This document shows, one piece after another, positions 22,327-31,469 of a stretch of DNA of 64,000 bases. The translations under genes and the position numbers were made by a program. This stretch comes from Bdellovibrionota bacterium FG-1. Its GTDB lineage: Bacteria > Bdellovibrionota > UBA1018. The stretch's first letter is position 1, and every line of letters begins with the position of its first letter. Under the pieces are notes generated by a model. That model had not been told where the DNA came from. It made no database searches and worked only from the letters and a program-made list of their open reading frames with translations. The stretch spans positions 32,001 through 96,000 of the forward strand of contig JBBCAW010000004.1 in NCBI GenBank assembly GCA_051382295.1, given 5' to 3'.

Positions 22327-23889
22327 TTATTTGACGATGCCGCCATGGCTCATCAGCTCGGCTTCGATCGCTGACCAAATAGCATAACCCGAATCCGTTG
22401 GATGGTGCATCCAAATTTGAAAAACCGGGCTGATTTCTAATACCGCCCGCCCAATCCCTTCGGGAAGCGCGACACGATAGGTGCGAAAATCTTCGACGGA
22501 GCGACCGGAAATTTTGAAATTTTTGATTCGCCAAAGGCCCGCCTCTTTAGCTGTGTCATAGCTTGCTCCGGAAACATTGAAATTGATTCCCTGATCCATT
22601 GCGATTTCCATAATCGTGCGTAAAACCCACCCGCGCGCTTGAATAGTCCAGATGGTCCAGCCCTGTTTTTCTTGAAAGCCAAAAACCCGAGGATAAAAGG
22701 AAAATAATTTTTGCCGGGTGAGCAGTCCTCCGGACATGTTGTCGCCAAAAAGCTGTCCACCTGCGTCGATTGAGAGATCCGCGCCCACGGCATTTTTCAT
22801 TGCGTCGGCGACCAACGTCCCCCAAACGGTGGGACCGTCACTCGGAATGACCATGGGGACCTCTGAAATTCCAATGACTTCGTGCAGCCACTGATCCCCG
22901 AATTGACGATTCAGACCCTCCTGAGCCTGTTGTACCAATGCTTCAATGACGGGATCCTTGGGCCCCGCGTGATCGACACTGATCAACTCATAGCTCATAA
23001 TTTTAAGAGGATGTCCTGGGACAAGATCAACGACCAACCGTCCCATCACTTGGCCGTGTTGTCCGGCTTGAACAATCGGCACGCGACGCCCTAGAAAATC
23101 TTTCTGCTTGGCCACTTTTTCCAAAAAGGTGTGCGAGTGTCCCCCTACCACCAAATCCAAATCCGAACTGTGAGCCACAATGCTTCGATCACGCGGAAGG
23201 CCAAGGTGAGAGAGGAGAATCACATAATCATTGTGCGCTCGCGCTTCATCGATGTACTGAGTGAGTCCCTCCTGCGGGGAGTAAATCACGTCACGGCCCG
23301 CGCGCCACTGATAGACAAATTCATCGGTCGTTAGACCAATGACAGCGATCCGAGCACCAGCCTTTTTGAACTGCGCATAAGGAAACAAATAGCGTCTGAG
23401 ATTTTTGAGCTTATTCGAAAAATCAAAATTGGCGGCAAGGAGTGCGAATTTTGGGCGGACATGCCCGACGATCCGATTGAGATCTTTTTGGCCCATCAAA
23501 TAATCATGATTGCCAAGCGTCACGGCGTCGTAGCCCATTTCATTCATAATGCGCCAAGATTGCTCACCTTGGTCGGCTAGAAAATAGGGTGTTCCTTCCG
23601 TAAAATCGCCCGCATCTAATACCAAGGTCTCAACGCCCTCTGCGGCAGCGCTGGCCTTGTAGCGATCGATCACGGCCTTCAGCTGCGCATACCCGCCTTT
23701 GGGACCCTGCGGTGCTTCATAGCCACCGATACTTCGATCCTCGGCATGTTCTAAGTGGGAGTGAAGGTCGTTGGTATGCAGAATCTGCAAGAGCTTCGCA
23801 AAAACGGGGTGAGACGCGCCAAACAAAGCAAATCCAAGCAGAAGCCCGAGCCGAATCATTGGACAATTTTTTTTCCAGAACAATGTCAT
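22327..23889 (-). CDS. Secreted 5'-nucleotidase/metallophosphoesterase
   Basis: Signal peptide, LHTNDLHSH, LDAGD, LGNHDY, LSHLG, VGGHSH. Start uncertain. Confidence 0.88.
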   Translation of the reverse strand: MTLFWKKNCPMIRLGLLLGFALFGASHPVFAKLLQILHTNDLHSHLEHAEDRSIGGYEAPQGPKGGYAQLKAVIDRYKASAAAEGVETLVLDAGDFTEGTPYFLADQGEQSWRIMNEMGYDAVTLGNHDYLMGQKDLNRIVGHVRPKFALLAANFDFSNKLKNLRRYLFPYAQFKKAGARIAVIGLTTDEFVYQWRAGRDVIYSPQEGLTQYIDEARAHNDYVILLSHLGLPRDRSIVAHSSDLDLVVGGHSHTFLEKVAKQKDFLGRRVPIVQAGQHGQVMGRLVVDLVPGHPLKIMSYELISVDHAGPKDPVIEALVQQAQEGLNRQFGDQWLHEVIGISEVPMVIPSDGPTVWGTLVADAMKNAVGADLSIDAGGQLFGDNMSGGLLTRQKLFSFYPRVFGFQEKQGWTIWTIQARGWVLRTIMEIAMDQGINFNVSGASYDTAKEAGLWRIKNFKISGRSVEDFRTYRVALPEGIGRAVLEISPVFQIWMHHPTDSGYAIWSAIEAELMSHGGIVK

Positions 23890-23952
23890 GAAAGACTCAT
23901 CGACGTTTTTGAGTGCATTCATTAGGCCCGAAAGCCGGCAAAATTTTCTCCG

Positions 23953-23979
23953 TTAAGAACCTCCTTCCCACGCCGATAG
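23953..23979 (+). promoter_or_regulatory. Putative sigma28 (FliA) promoter
   Basis: TTAA-N15-GCCGATAG versus consensus TAAA-N15-GCCGATAA. Confidence 0.6.
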
Positions 23980-24031
23980 GTGTTTTGTAGGTCGAATTCA
24001 CACCAAACAAATGATTCCAGGAGGGATGAAC

Positions 24032-24226
24032 ATGACAGAACGCACAATCACCAAGAAAAATGGCGAACAAAACGTAAAAGTTCTCTATCAAAAGATGGGG
24101 GATCGTTGGTTTGCCTTTTCGATTGTCGGCGGCGAAGTGTTCATGGGCTCTATTACCCAAGAAGAGATTGATCGTCTCGAGTTAGGACACCCGAAGGAGA
24201 CTTTTGCTCTCAATGGAAATTCATGA
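24032..24226 (+). CDS. Small hypothetical protein (64 aa)
   Basis: AGGAGG RBS; compact globular-looking sequence VLYQKMGDRWFAFSIVGGEVFMGSI. Confidence 0.75.
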   Translation: MTERTITKKNGEQNVKVLYQKMGDRWFAFSIVGGEVFMGSITQEEIDRLELGHPKETFALNGNS

Positions 24227-24387
24227 GTCATTGTAATTCTTCACCTAAAAAACCCTTAACCCCGCCTTTACCAAATCCCGAGATGAAGACCCATCTCGGG
24301 ATTTTGCGTCAAAAGATTGTCGATCTAGTCGAAAAAAGCCCAGAAAAAGCCGCCAAAATACTATCTTATTGGATTAAAACTCGATAA
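24223..24387 (+). CDS. 54-aa ORF absent from the track; resembles the FliF C-terminal helix pair
   Basis: MSHCNSSPKKPLTPPLPNPEMKTHLGILRQKIVDLVEKSPEKAAKILSYWIKTR*. ATGA overlap with the upstream stop. Confidence 0.6.
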   Translation: MSHCNSSPKKPLTPPLPNPEMKTHLGILRQKIVDLVEKSPEKAAKILSYWIKTR

Positions 24388-24420
24388 AATTAGAGATGTA
24401 ACGCCGGAAAAGGAGTTCTC

Positions 24421-24684
24421 ATGGCGGTCCATCTTTATGCCCCACTCAATACTCGCTATATCCCGATTCTCTTTACCGGGATGTTTGCGCTTTTTTTAGC
24501 CGCACAATTTGTTCATGCCGACGAGGAGGAGGAGGCGACTGCGCCTTTTGCCAGTGCACCTTCTGCATGGGTCGATCGGCGCCCTGGTTTCTCGCCTATC
24601 ACTTACGCTGATACCGGTTATGACTCGGCTGAGGACCGCGCCCCCTTGGGGCCGCCCACTGATCCTCAGCTCGATTCACAGTAA
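24421..24684 (+). CDS. Small secreted acidic hypothetical protein
   Basis: AAGGAG RBS; hydrophobic signal ending VHA-DEEEE. Confidence 0.6.
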   Translation: MAVHLYAPLNTRYIPILFTGMFALFLAAQFVHADEEEEATAPFASAPSAWVDRRPGFSPITYADTGYDSAEDRAPLGPPTDPQLDSQ

Positions 24685-24702
24685 TCAGAAAGCATGTCTT
24701 GT

Positions 24703-25176
24703 TTAAAGGTAAAAGACACTCAGATCGCCACGATCTTTGTGCGCGTGCTCTGAATACGATTTCAGAAATCGGACAAACTGCTGATAAGCCGCGTAAGATT
24801 GGGTTGCCGTATCCACAAGACAGCCAAATCGCACGTATCTACCGTTGTGCTCAATGCACGGCCGCGAATTTTGGATTTTGACACGAATCTCTAAATAAGT
24901 GTCCTGACTAAAGTAGACCCGCAGAGGCATGTCTTTTGAGTCTTTCGGCCAAGGTCGTTCAGCATCGTAGGGGACCTGAAACGAGCAGCCTTCTTCGCTC
25001 AAATCAATCAGCTCAATCGCGCACATCGATGTATTTCCAACCACTGAGTAGACACTCAGCAATTGCTTGAAGAAAATGCGCTCCGTGCTACGCCGCTTTT
25101 CTTCGAGCTTTTGAGCCCGTACTTCACTAAAATCAATCACATCCGTAGTATTTCCAGTCCGTTGGGGCATGCTCAT
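24703..25176 (-). CDS. PilZ-domain protein
   Basis: KRRSTER (RxxxR) and DLSEEG (DxSxxG). GGAGG RBS. Confidence 0.8.
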   Translation of the reverse strand: MSMPQRTGNTTDVIDFSEVRAQKLEEKRRSTERIFFKQLLSVYSVVGNTSMCAIELIDLSEEGCSFQVPYDAERPWPKDSKDMPLRVYFSQDTYLEIRVKIQNSRPCIEHNGRYVRFGCLVDTATQSYAAYQQFVRFLKSYSEHAHKDRGDLSVFYL

Positions 25177-25190
25177 ATCCTCCAAGGGAC

Positions 25191-25217
25191 GTATCGGAAG
25201 CAAAACGAAGACCTAAA
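25191..25217 (-). promoter_or_regulatory. Putative sigma28-like promoter
   Basis: Minus strand TTTA-N15-TCCGATAC just upstream of the PilZ gene RBS. Confidence 0.45.
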
Positions 25218-25252
25218 TAAGAATGATTTGCCGAGCTAAATTTGCCGCCTGG

Positions 25253-25660
25253 TCATCCCTGGACGATTTGACCAACGTCGGCAACCTGATCGAGCATTTG
25301 AATAAAGGCTTTAAAGCCCTCAGAGGCTTTGTCTTGCCGCACGATTTCAACACCTACGCGTCGGACCGGACCGGTGGTTTCGGCCCGTACAATCCGCACG
25401 GACAAAGGCAAAAAGAGCGATTGATTCAAATAAAACTGGATTTCAAGGTTTTCACTCTCCTTGAGAGGAAAATTTGCCGCATCCTCCCCCTCTGTATCCA
25501 GGTCAAAACTCAGGCCCTGTTCACTGACATTATGGACCTCAAGACGATGAATGCCTTTTTGTGGAACAACGACAAACAGCGAAAAAGTGCGCAAAATAGG
25601 ACGCCGATTGGAGCGGCGGCGCTCGGCTCCTCCGCCTGGACGATTTTTCTGAGAATTCAT
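25253..25660 (-). CDS. PilZ-domain protein
   Basis: ERRRSNRR and NVSEQG motifs; VRIVR..VGVE strands. Confidence 0.8.
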   Translation of the reverse strand: MNSQKNRPGGGAERRRSNRRPILRTFSLFVVVPQKGIHRLEVHNVSEQGLSFDLDTEGEDAANFPLKESENLEIQFYLNQSLFLPLSVRIVRAETTGPVRRVGVEIVRQDKASEGFKAFIQMLDQVADVGQIVQG

Positions 25661-27219
25661 TGAATGGTCTCCTCTTTGCGTGGCATCCCGTTGGGGGTGG
25701 GAGCAAGCTTTTCATTGGTTTCGAGCTTATTCTTCAACACGCTCAAGGCGGTTTGCGCCCCTGAGACCGTCGTCCCCAGTTGAATATCGAGGGCCCGCAG
25801 GTCGGCTTTGCCTGAAAAAAACGTGTCGTGAAGAGCATGAACCGCCTCGACGGCCAGGGCCGCCTGCCGAGTCAAATCATAAAGCTCGCCATAAAAATAT
25901 TCAGTTTGAAGGATCTGCGGCGTCCATTTCTCATAACTGGCTTTGAGCTGTGTTTGGAGTTCAATCCATTGATGCGTAAACCCGCCCCAGCCCTTACGAG
26001 CGGCGGGCGATATTCGGCCATTTTTACTGCCGGCCCGCCATTGAGCGAATTTTTCAACATCGTTGGCCAGCTGGCCTTCCAGCGTAGTCGCAAATTGCTT
26101 GATCTCAGTCAATTCGGTCGTCGCTTTTGCATGAAGTTTGTCGTGATACTCTTTGAGTCGAGAAAGATAGATGCCGTCTTTGCTGCCACCCAAAAATACA
26201 GCTTTTGAGACCAGGATCTTTAGCCCCTTGGGAAGATTTGCGGGAACTTTGGCAATGACGGGGGGGAGCTTGCTCAACACGGCCTGGGTACTTGGGGGTT
26301 GTTGCGCAGCCTCAGTGATGTAGATGATATATTCGCCGCGAGGCAGTGGCTTGCCATCGGCGGCGCGCACTGCGGCAGTTTTTCCTAGTTTTTTTGTGAT
26401 CGTTGCTTGAACTTTGGTACTCAATGAAGGCTGGTTGAGGAGCGTGTCAGGAATCCCTTCGACCCACACATCGATCAAAGTTCCATCGGGAAGGTTTGTG
26501 GCAAGATAAAACGAAGGCGCCAAAATATCGGCGGTTGATAAGGCGACGGCCAGTTTTGGTCCGGCCGTCTCAAGCTGAGCCGAAGCGACGTTTCTCAGGT
26601 TTTGATAATCCTCAGTCGTCACATCTTCCAACATGGGTAGGGGTGATATCCATTGACTCAAAGAAGGATATCGTTCGACCAAGCTCAGAAGTTGAGGCTG
26701 GGTAAACTGAGAAAAAGTTTGGCCGACCGCACGAATGGACGGGGAGCGCAAGAAGGAGTCAAAGGTTCCGGCAAAAAATAGGGCCGTGATCCCCGCCAAA
26801 AGAGAAACAAAGACCCCGAATTTGACCCAATTGAAGGGTTGACTGGCTTGAGAATCTTTGGCCTGTGGAAGCTCTGAAACCTCAAGGGTTCTAGTCTTTT
26901 CAATAGCCGGCTCCTCCTGAAAGGGGATCAATGAAGGCTCGAGCGTGGGGGTCACCGTGAATATCGGCTCTGCTGGCACCGCTGGCGCAACCTCCGCAGC
27001 CGGGGTCAGAGGGGAAGAAGGAGGAGGAGGAGCAAGGATGGCCCCGAACTCCGTAACCTCGGTCATTGGCTTCCAGTCAGCCATCCCCTCAGCCCAAACA
27101 TAGTTTGAAGGCGCAATTTGACTCTGGGCGATCTTGGTTTGGATCTCCGCGAGCGAAAAAGGTCCCTCGTGGTGGTCCGTCAGATAGATAAACCACTTTT
27201 TTTCGTTGAAGCCGTCCAT
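25657..27219 (-). CDS. GYF_2 (DUF4339) domain membrane protein
   Basis: WFIY...GPFS...VWAEGMADWKP..EF, Pro-rich linker, single TM, large C-terminal domain. Confidence 0.75.
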   Translation of the reverse strand: MDGFNEKKWFIYLTDHHEGPFSLAEIQTKIAQSQIAPSNYVWAEGMADWKPMTEVTEFGAILAPPPPSSPLTPAAEVAPAVPAEPIFTVTPTLEPSLIPFQEEPAIEKTRTLEVSELPQAKDSQASQPFNWVKFGVFVSLLAGITALFFAGTFDSFLRSPSIRAVGQTFSQFTQPQLLSLVERYPSLSQWISPLPMLEDVTTEDYQNLRNVASAQLETAGPKLAVALSTADILAPSFYLATNLPDGTLIDVWVEGIPDTLLNQPSLSTKVQATITKKLGKTAAVRAADGKPLPRGEYIIYITEAAQQPPSTQAVLSKLPPVIAKVPANLPKGLKILVSKAVFLGGSKDGIYLSRLKEYHDKLHAKATTELTEIKQFATTLEGQLANDVEKFAQWRAGSKNGRISPAARKGWGGFTHQWIELQTQLKASYEKWTPQILQTEYFYGELYDLTRQAALAVEAVHALHDTFFSGKADLRALDIQLGTTVSGAQTALSVLKNKLETNEKLAPTPNGMPRKEETIQ

Positions 27220-27252
27220 TTTGATGATTTTCCAGTTAAAATAATAAGTGAA

Positions 27253-28119
27253 ATGTCTCAACGAAGCAAATATTGCCTGATTGGAATTCCGGACCACCAA
27301 GGAGTACTTCACGTGGGGGGACGTATTGGCTCAGCCCAAGGCCCCCAGGCCGTCCGAAAGATCTTGGCCCGCATGATCGGAAAAGCCGGCTTAGCTGACC
27401 GGATTTGGGACGCCGGTGACGTCCAAGGTCTGTCGTCGGACGTTGCGGCCAACCATCGTTTGGCGGCTGACCAGATTCGGGATCTTCACCGTTCGGTCCC
27501 CGGCACGGTCAGCGTCGTCATAGGCGGCGGTCACGATCACAGCTTTTCGCAGCTACTCGGAATCTCGGAAGGCATGCGTCGGACCAAGGGCGCCCAGCGC
27601 AAACTGCGCTTAGGATGTATCAACATCGACCCGCACTTAGATGTGCGCAAACCGGCACCCATTCCGACCAGCGGCTCCCCCTTTTATTTAGCGATTGAGT
27701 CGGGGGTCCTGGATCCTTCGCGATTGATTGAGTTTGGAATTCAAGCTCACTGCAACGGGCCCGCTCTTTGGGCTTACGCTCAGAAAAAGAAGATCAAGAT
27801 CATCCCTTTTGAAAAACTCAGGACAAATGCAGTCGCGATATTCAAAAAGCAACTCACTCAACTCTGTGCTTGTTGCGACGTTGTCGTGGTGAGCTTGGAT
27901 TTAGACTCTGCGGCCGAAGCCTTTGCCCCGGGTGTCTCGGCGCCTCAAACTGAGGGCTTCAGCTCGAGCGAACTATTAGATATGGTCGAAATATCGGCCC
28001 GTACGGCCAAAGTCGCGTCACTCGGAATCTTTGAGCTCAACCCCGTTCACGATATCGCAGACCGGACCGCGCGGTTAGCGGCGACGTTAGCTTGGCATTT
28101 TTTGGAGAAAATACGTTAA
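27253..28119 (+). CDS. hutG: Formimidoylglutamase (arginase family)
   Basis: GGRIGSAQGPQAVR, GGGHD, NIDPHLD, SGSPF, SLDLD, APGVSAP, ELNP. Confidence 0.8.
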   Translation: MSQRSKYCLIGIPDHQGVLHVGGRIGSAQGPQAVRKILARMIGKAGLADRIWDAGDVQGLSSDVAANHRLAADQIRDLHRSVPGTVSVVIGGGHDHSFSQLLGISEGMRRTKGAQRKLRLGCINIDPHLDVRKPAPIPTSGSPFYLAIESGVLDPSRLIEFGIQAHCNGPALWAYAQKKKIKIIPFEKLRTNAVAIFKKQLTQLCACCDVVVVSLDLDSAAEAFAPGVSAPQTEGFSSSELLDMVEISARTAKVASLGIFELNPVHDIADRTARLAATLAWHFLEKIR

Positions 28120-28379
28120 GCGGCTTTTTTTAGAAGAACCTCATTGATGACTGTCTGGTACCCCACTCCCCGCCGTTTAGCCTCTTTCTTAGCCCATTTA
28201 AGCGCCTTCGGATGAAGCCGAATCGATACCGGTTCGTACTTATCGTCACCCTTAGGCGGCCGGCCACGACTTGGACGCTTGAGACCCGACTTTTCCTCAA
28301 TAGCCTCACGAGCAGATTGAAGCTCTTTTTCGGTGATTCGGCGGGCTATTTTAAATGGGAACGTGTTTAGCTTTTTCAT
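28116..28379 (-). CDS. brnA: BrnA-family antitoxin
   Basis: RGRPPK...VSIRL...GVGYQTVINEVL ribbon-helix-helix tail. Confidence 0.85.
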   Translation of the reverse strand: MKKLNTFPFKIARRITEKELQSAREAIEEKSGLKRPSRGRPPKGDDKYEPVSIRLHPKALKWAKKEAKRRGVGYQTVINEVLLKKAA

Positions 28380-28585
28380 ATTCCTTCTTTTCACCACGGT
28401 TTGCTCGGCGGGCACTGATCAGTCGATAAATTTTTCCAGATTGGCGAAGGGTAAAAACGATCACAAGTTATGTCTGGTGCAATAAGCGCGTTAGGATCAT
28501 CAAATGCGGTGATCGCTTGGTTAAAGCTGATTCGGTGCTTTTCTAGGTTTAAGGCTGCCTTCTTTGGATCCCAATCAAACCTCAT
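28351..28585 (-). pseudogene. brnT: BrnT-family toxin, internally deleted and frameshifted
   Basis: N-half MRFDWDPKKAALNLEKHRISF..AFDDP. C-half in another frame: LVIVFTLRQSGKIYRLISARRANRGEKKEYEK. Confidence 0.8.
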
Positions 28586-28588
28586 TTT

Positions 28589-28600
28589 TAGTATATACTA
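28589..28600. promoter_or_regulatory. Palindrome upstream of brnT, likely TA autoregulatory operator
   Basis: Perfect palindrome TAGTATATACTA immediately before the brnT start. Confidence 0.5.
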
Positions 28601-28631
28601 TAAAAAATGTTTTTGTCTACTTCGTTCGTCA

Positions 28632-28672
28632 AAAAGCTAAAACCCCCTGAGAGCTTTCGACTCCCAGGGGGA
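28632..28672 (-). terminator. Rho-independent terminator
   Basis: Minus strand CCCCCTGGGAG-tcgaaag-CTCTCAGGGGG then TTTTAGCTTTT, downstream of 28718-29341. Confidence 0.7.
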
Positions 28673-28717
28673 AACAAGAAGGAGAGATAAGGATCAGGAC
28701 AGGACAGGGGACAACTT

Positions 28718-29341
28718 TTAGTCGGCTGCGCCGGCCGCCGGTGCGGCCGTATTTTCGGCAGGGCCGACGATAATCACCGGTGGAGCGACCTTTTCAGGGC
28801 GCATGGTAACCATAGACTGCTGCTCAGGGGCTGGCAGAGTTGGCGCCAATTTATGCCGCATTTGATCGCCCAATTCACAAACCTGCGCCAAGAGTCGATT
28901 TCCCGGGGCCGCAAGCGGGCCTTCAAGAATGGATAATAATTCACGAGCATCTCTTTGCTTGAGTGAGTAAGGCTCATTTTCATCGAGACGTGACGAGCAT
29001 TTTTGATCGATTCTCGAGATCAGATCTTTGCCATTGTTCCGGAGCTGTTTAGCATTGGCACACTTGGGGTCACGATGGGACGGGTCTGCACATTTGTGCT
29101 CATCCCATTTTTTCATTTTTGCGATTTGGTCCGAAAGAATCGCTGAACTTTCTTCGATTCTTACACAAGCCTCGCTCCATCTTGCTTTGGGGTCCTTGAC
29201 TATTTGCTGAAGCGCGGACTGAATTTCCAATGCGGCATCTTGGCCGACCAACACTTGTTGACAGCTGATGTCCCGGCAGCCCGTAAAAAACGGGGCTAGG
29301 GCAGTTACCGCTAAAACAGCCATTATTTTATACTTTTTCAT
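28718..29341 (-). CDS. Hypothetical Cys-rich lipoprotein
   Basis: MKKYK + hydrophobic stretch + FTGC lipobox; AAGGAGAG RBS. Confidence 0.75.
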   Translation of the reverse strand: MKKYKIMAVLAVTALAPFFTGCRDISCQQVLVGQDAALEIQSALQQIVKDPKARWSEACVRIEESSAILSDQIAKMKKWDEHKCADPSHRDPKCANAKQLRNNGKDLISRIDQKCSSRLDENEPYSLKQRDARELLSILEGPLAAPGNRLLAQVCELGDQMRHKLAPTLPAPEQQSMVTMRPEKVAPPVIIVGPAENTAAPAAGAAD

Positions 29342-29382
29342 ATTCTCTCTCTCCTTCGTTCAATTCAATTACTGTTGAATAA

Positions 29383-29398
29383 AGCAAATGGGGTGCCA
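29383..29398 (-). promoter_or_regulatory. Sigma54 -24/-12 promoter
   Basis: Minus strand TGGCAC-CCCAT-TTGCT, exact consensus, about 40 bp upstream of the start. Confidence 0.8.
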
Positions 29399-29719
29399 AT
29401 AAGGCCCCTTGAAAAGATGGGGGAATTTCCACTGTGGAGCGCCCCCTGAGGTGAAAGCGTTAGCCAGGTGTCTAAGGGTTCGACGGTTTTGAGGCTCCTC
29501 CGAGTAGGCATTTCAGTTGGAGGCGAGTTGCCTATGAATTTCTTGATTCACGGCGATGAGTTGCATTAACTGCCTTCCGGCGGCAGTAAATTGGTTTGAA
29601 GGAGCGGTGAACGGGTTCTTCTGCCGTCTAGCGGCAGTAAATCCCACTGGCGCGAAGAATAAGCGCCCACATCAGTGTTGCTCCACATCATTTACCTTCT
29701 TGCGTTACAAAATCATCAA

Positions 29720-30643
29720 CTACTTTGCTGGAGTCCCCGCTTTTGGGTCGGGAAGCAACAAAGCCTGCCGTAATCTCGGCGCCATAAAATCAATAAATAC
29801 CTGCTGCCGAGGCGAGGTAAACTTTTGCTGTGGGTAAACCATATGAACCGGCTCGTCTCCCGTCGCCCAGCGTGGCAGCACAGGGACTAACTTTCCTTGC
29901 TGAACCTCCACCTGACAGGTAAAAACCGGCAAAAGCGTAATACCATGGCCTTCAGCAGCCATGGCCTTGAGCACTGCAATGTTATTGGCGGAAAATCTGC
30001 CGGCTATCTTGACACGCGCGCGCCGCTGTCCCGACTGTAAGTCCCAATAATTGCCCTCAAAAAGCGTATTAAAGCGCAAACACCGATGCCCTTCGAGGTC
30101 AGAGGGCGATTGAGGCATCCCCCGCGCTTTAATGTAGCGGGGACTCGCAAAAAGTCGAAAACAGCTTGTGCCCAACCGCCGTGCAATCAAACTCGAGTCT
30201 TCGAGCTTTCCCACTCGAATCGCGACATCAACGCTGGAAGAGACCAAATCAAGCACATCGTCGGTAATGACAAGCTGGACGTCAACTTCAGGATAGCTGT
30301 TCATAAATTCTGAGATGGACCCCGCCATAAAAGCCGAGGCCATTTCTGCAGGGGCTGTTACGCGCAATATACCTCGAGGTGATTTTTGGGTAGCGTGCGT
30401 TTCCAATTCCGCTGCGCCAAGTTCAGCAAAAGCACGCACGCTACTTTCGTAATAAGCCCGACCCGCGTCCGTGAGTTTTAATTTGCGAGTCGTGCGAGTG
30501 AGGAGAGTTATTCGGAGTGCCTCCTCCAGCGCCGCAACCCGCTTACTCACCGTGGACTTGGGAACACCGATCTGACGGGCTGCGCCCGAAAAGCTCCCCG
30601 CTTGCACAACCTGAACAAACATCCAAACCGCATTGTAATCCAT
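29720..30643 (-). CDS. LysR-family regulator (DmlR/CrgA-like)
   Basis: FVQVVQAGSFSGAAR...KSTVSKRVAALE..LLTRTTR; VDVAIRVG. Confidence 0.93.
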   Translation of the reverse strand: MDYNAVWMFVQVVQAGSFSGAARQIGVPKSTVSKRVAALEEALRITLLTRTTRKLKLTDAGRAYYESSVRAFAELGAAELETHATQKSPRGILRVTAPAEMASAFMAGSISEFMNSYPEVDVQLVITDDVLDLVSSSVDVAIRVGKLEDSSLIARRLGTSCFRLFASPRYIKARGMPQSPSDLEGHRCLRFNTLFEGNYWDLQSGQRRARVKIAGRFSANNIAVLKAMAAEGHGITLLPVFTCQVEVQQGKLVPVLPRWATGDEPVHMVYPQQKFTSPRQQVFIDFMAPRLRQALLLPDPKAGTPAK

Positions 30644-30645
30644 TT

Positions 30646-30669
30646 GATTGTCCCTAATGAGAAACAATC
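30646..30669. promoter_or_regulatory. Likely LysR binding site
   Basis: Inverted repeat GATTGT-N12-ACAATC abutting the LysR start in the divergent spacer. Confidence 0.55.
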
Positions 30670-30741
30670 TATTTCAAATATCCACCCTTATCAACGCTCG
30701 AATTTCAGCCTAAGGTTGAAGACATAGAAAGGAGACTCTTT

Positions 30742-31443
30742 ATGATTCGCATTCGCAAGGCAGCAGATCGAGGACACTTTGACCATGGCTGGTTAAAAAC
30801 TTTTCACACCTTCTCGTTCGCAGGGTATCAAGACCCCGCCTACATGGGCTTTCGCGCGCTCCGGGTGATCAATGAAGACTGGGTCTCCCCCGGAGAAGGC
30901 TTCGGCACACATGGCCATCGCGATATGGAGATTATCACTTATGTTCTTGAAGGCGCGCTTGAACACCGCGACTCCATGGGGACGGGCTCCGTCATCACGC
31001 TGGGCGAAGTACAGTACATGAGTGCGGGCAGCGGCGTAACTCATAGTGAGTTCAACCACTCCCATGAAAAACAAGTCCACCTCTTGCAAATCTGGATTCT
31101 TCCAGACCAACGAAACTACAAGCCCACCTATGACCAGCACATCATTCAGCCGACAGAAAATAGAAATCGACTTTTTTTGATTGCTTCTGGCGCGGGCGAA
31201 TCCAACGCCATTCAAATCCGCCAAGACGCCAAACTTTATTGCAGTGTCTTTGACGCTGGTAATACAGTCGAGTTTCATCCTGAGAAGGATCGCCACGTGT
31301 GGCTTCAGGTGGCGCGGGGTTCTATCGCAGTTAACGCAATCACACTTGAGACTGGGGATGGAGCTGCCGTCTCCGATGAAATACTGCTTCGAATCAACGG
31401 CGGACCCCAAGGTGCCGAATTTCTACTTTTTGATCTCAATTAA
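30742..31443 (+). CDS. Pirin-family protein (YhhW-like)
   Basis: RGHFDHGWL, LRVINED, HGHRDMEI, MSAGSGVTHSEFN, LQIWI. Confidence 0.93.
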   Translation: MIRIRKAADRGHFDHGWLKTFHTFSFAGYQDPAYMGFRALRVINEDWVSPGEGFGTHGHRDMEIITYVLEGALEHRDSMGTGSVITLGEVQYMSAGSGVTHSEFNHSHEKQVHLLQIWILPDQRNYKPTYDQHIIQPTENRNRLFLIASGAGESNAIQIRQDAKLYCSVFDAGNTVEFHPEKDRHVWLQVARGSIAVNAITLETGDGAAVSDEILLRINGGPQGAEFLLFDLN

Positions 31444-31469
31444 TGCTTCAACCCTAAAGGAAACCGAAA

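Noticed and set aside
29400..29520. c-di-GMP or other riboswitch
   Set aside because: No conserved aptamer motifs could be matched by eye.
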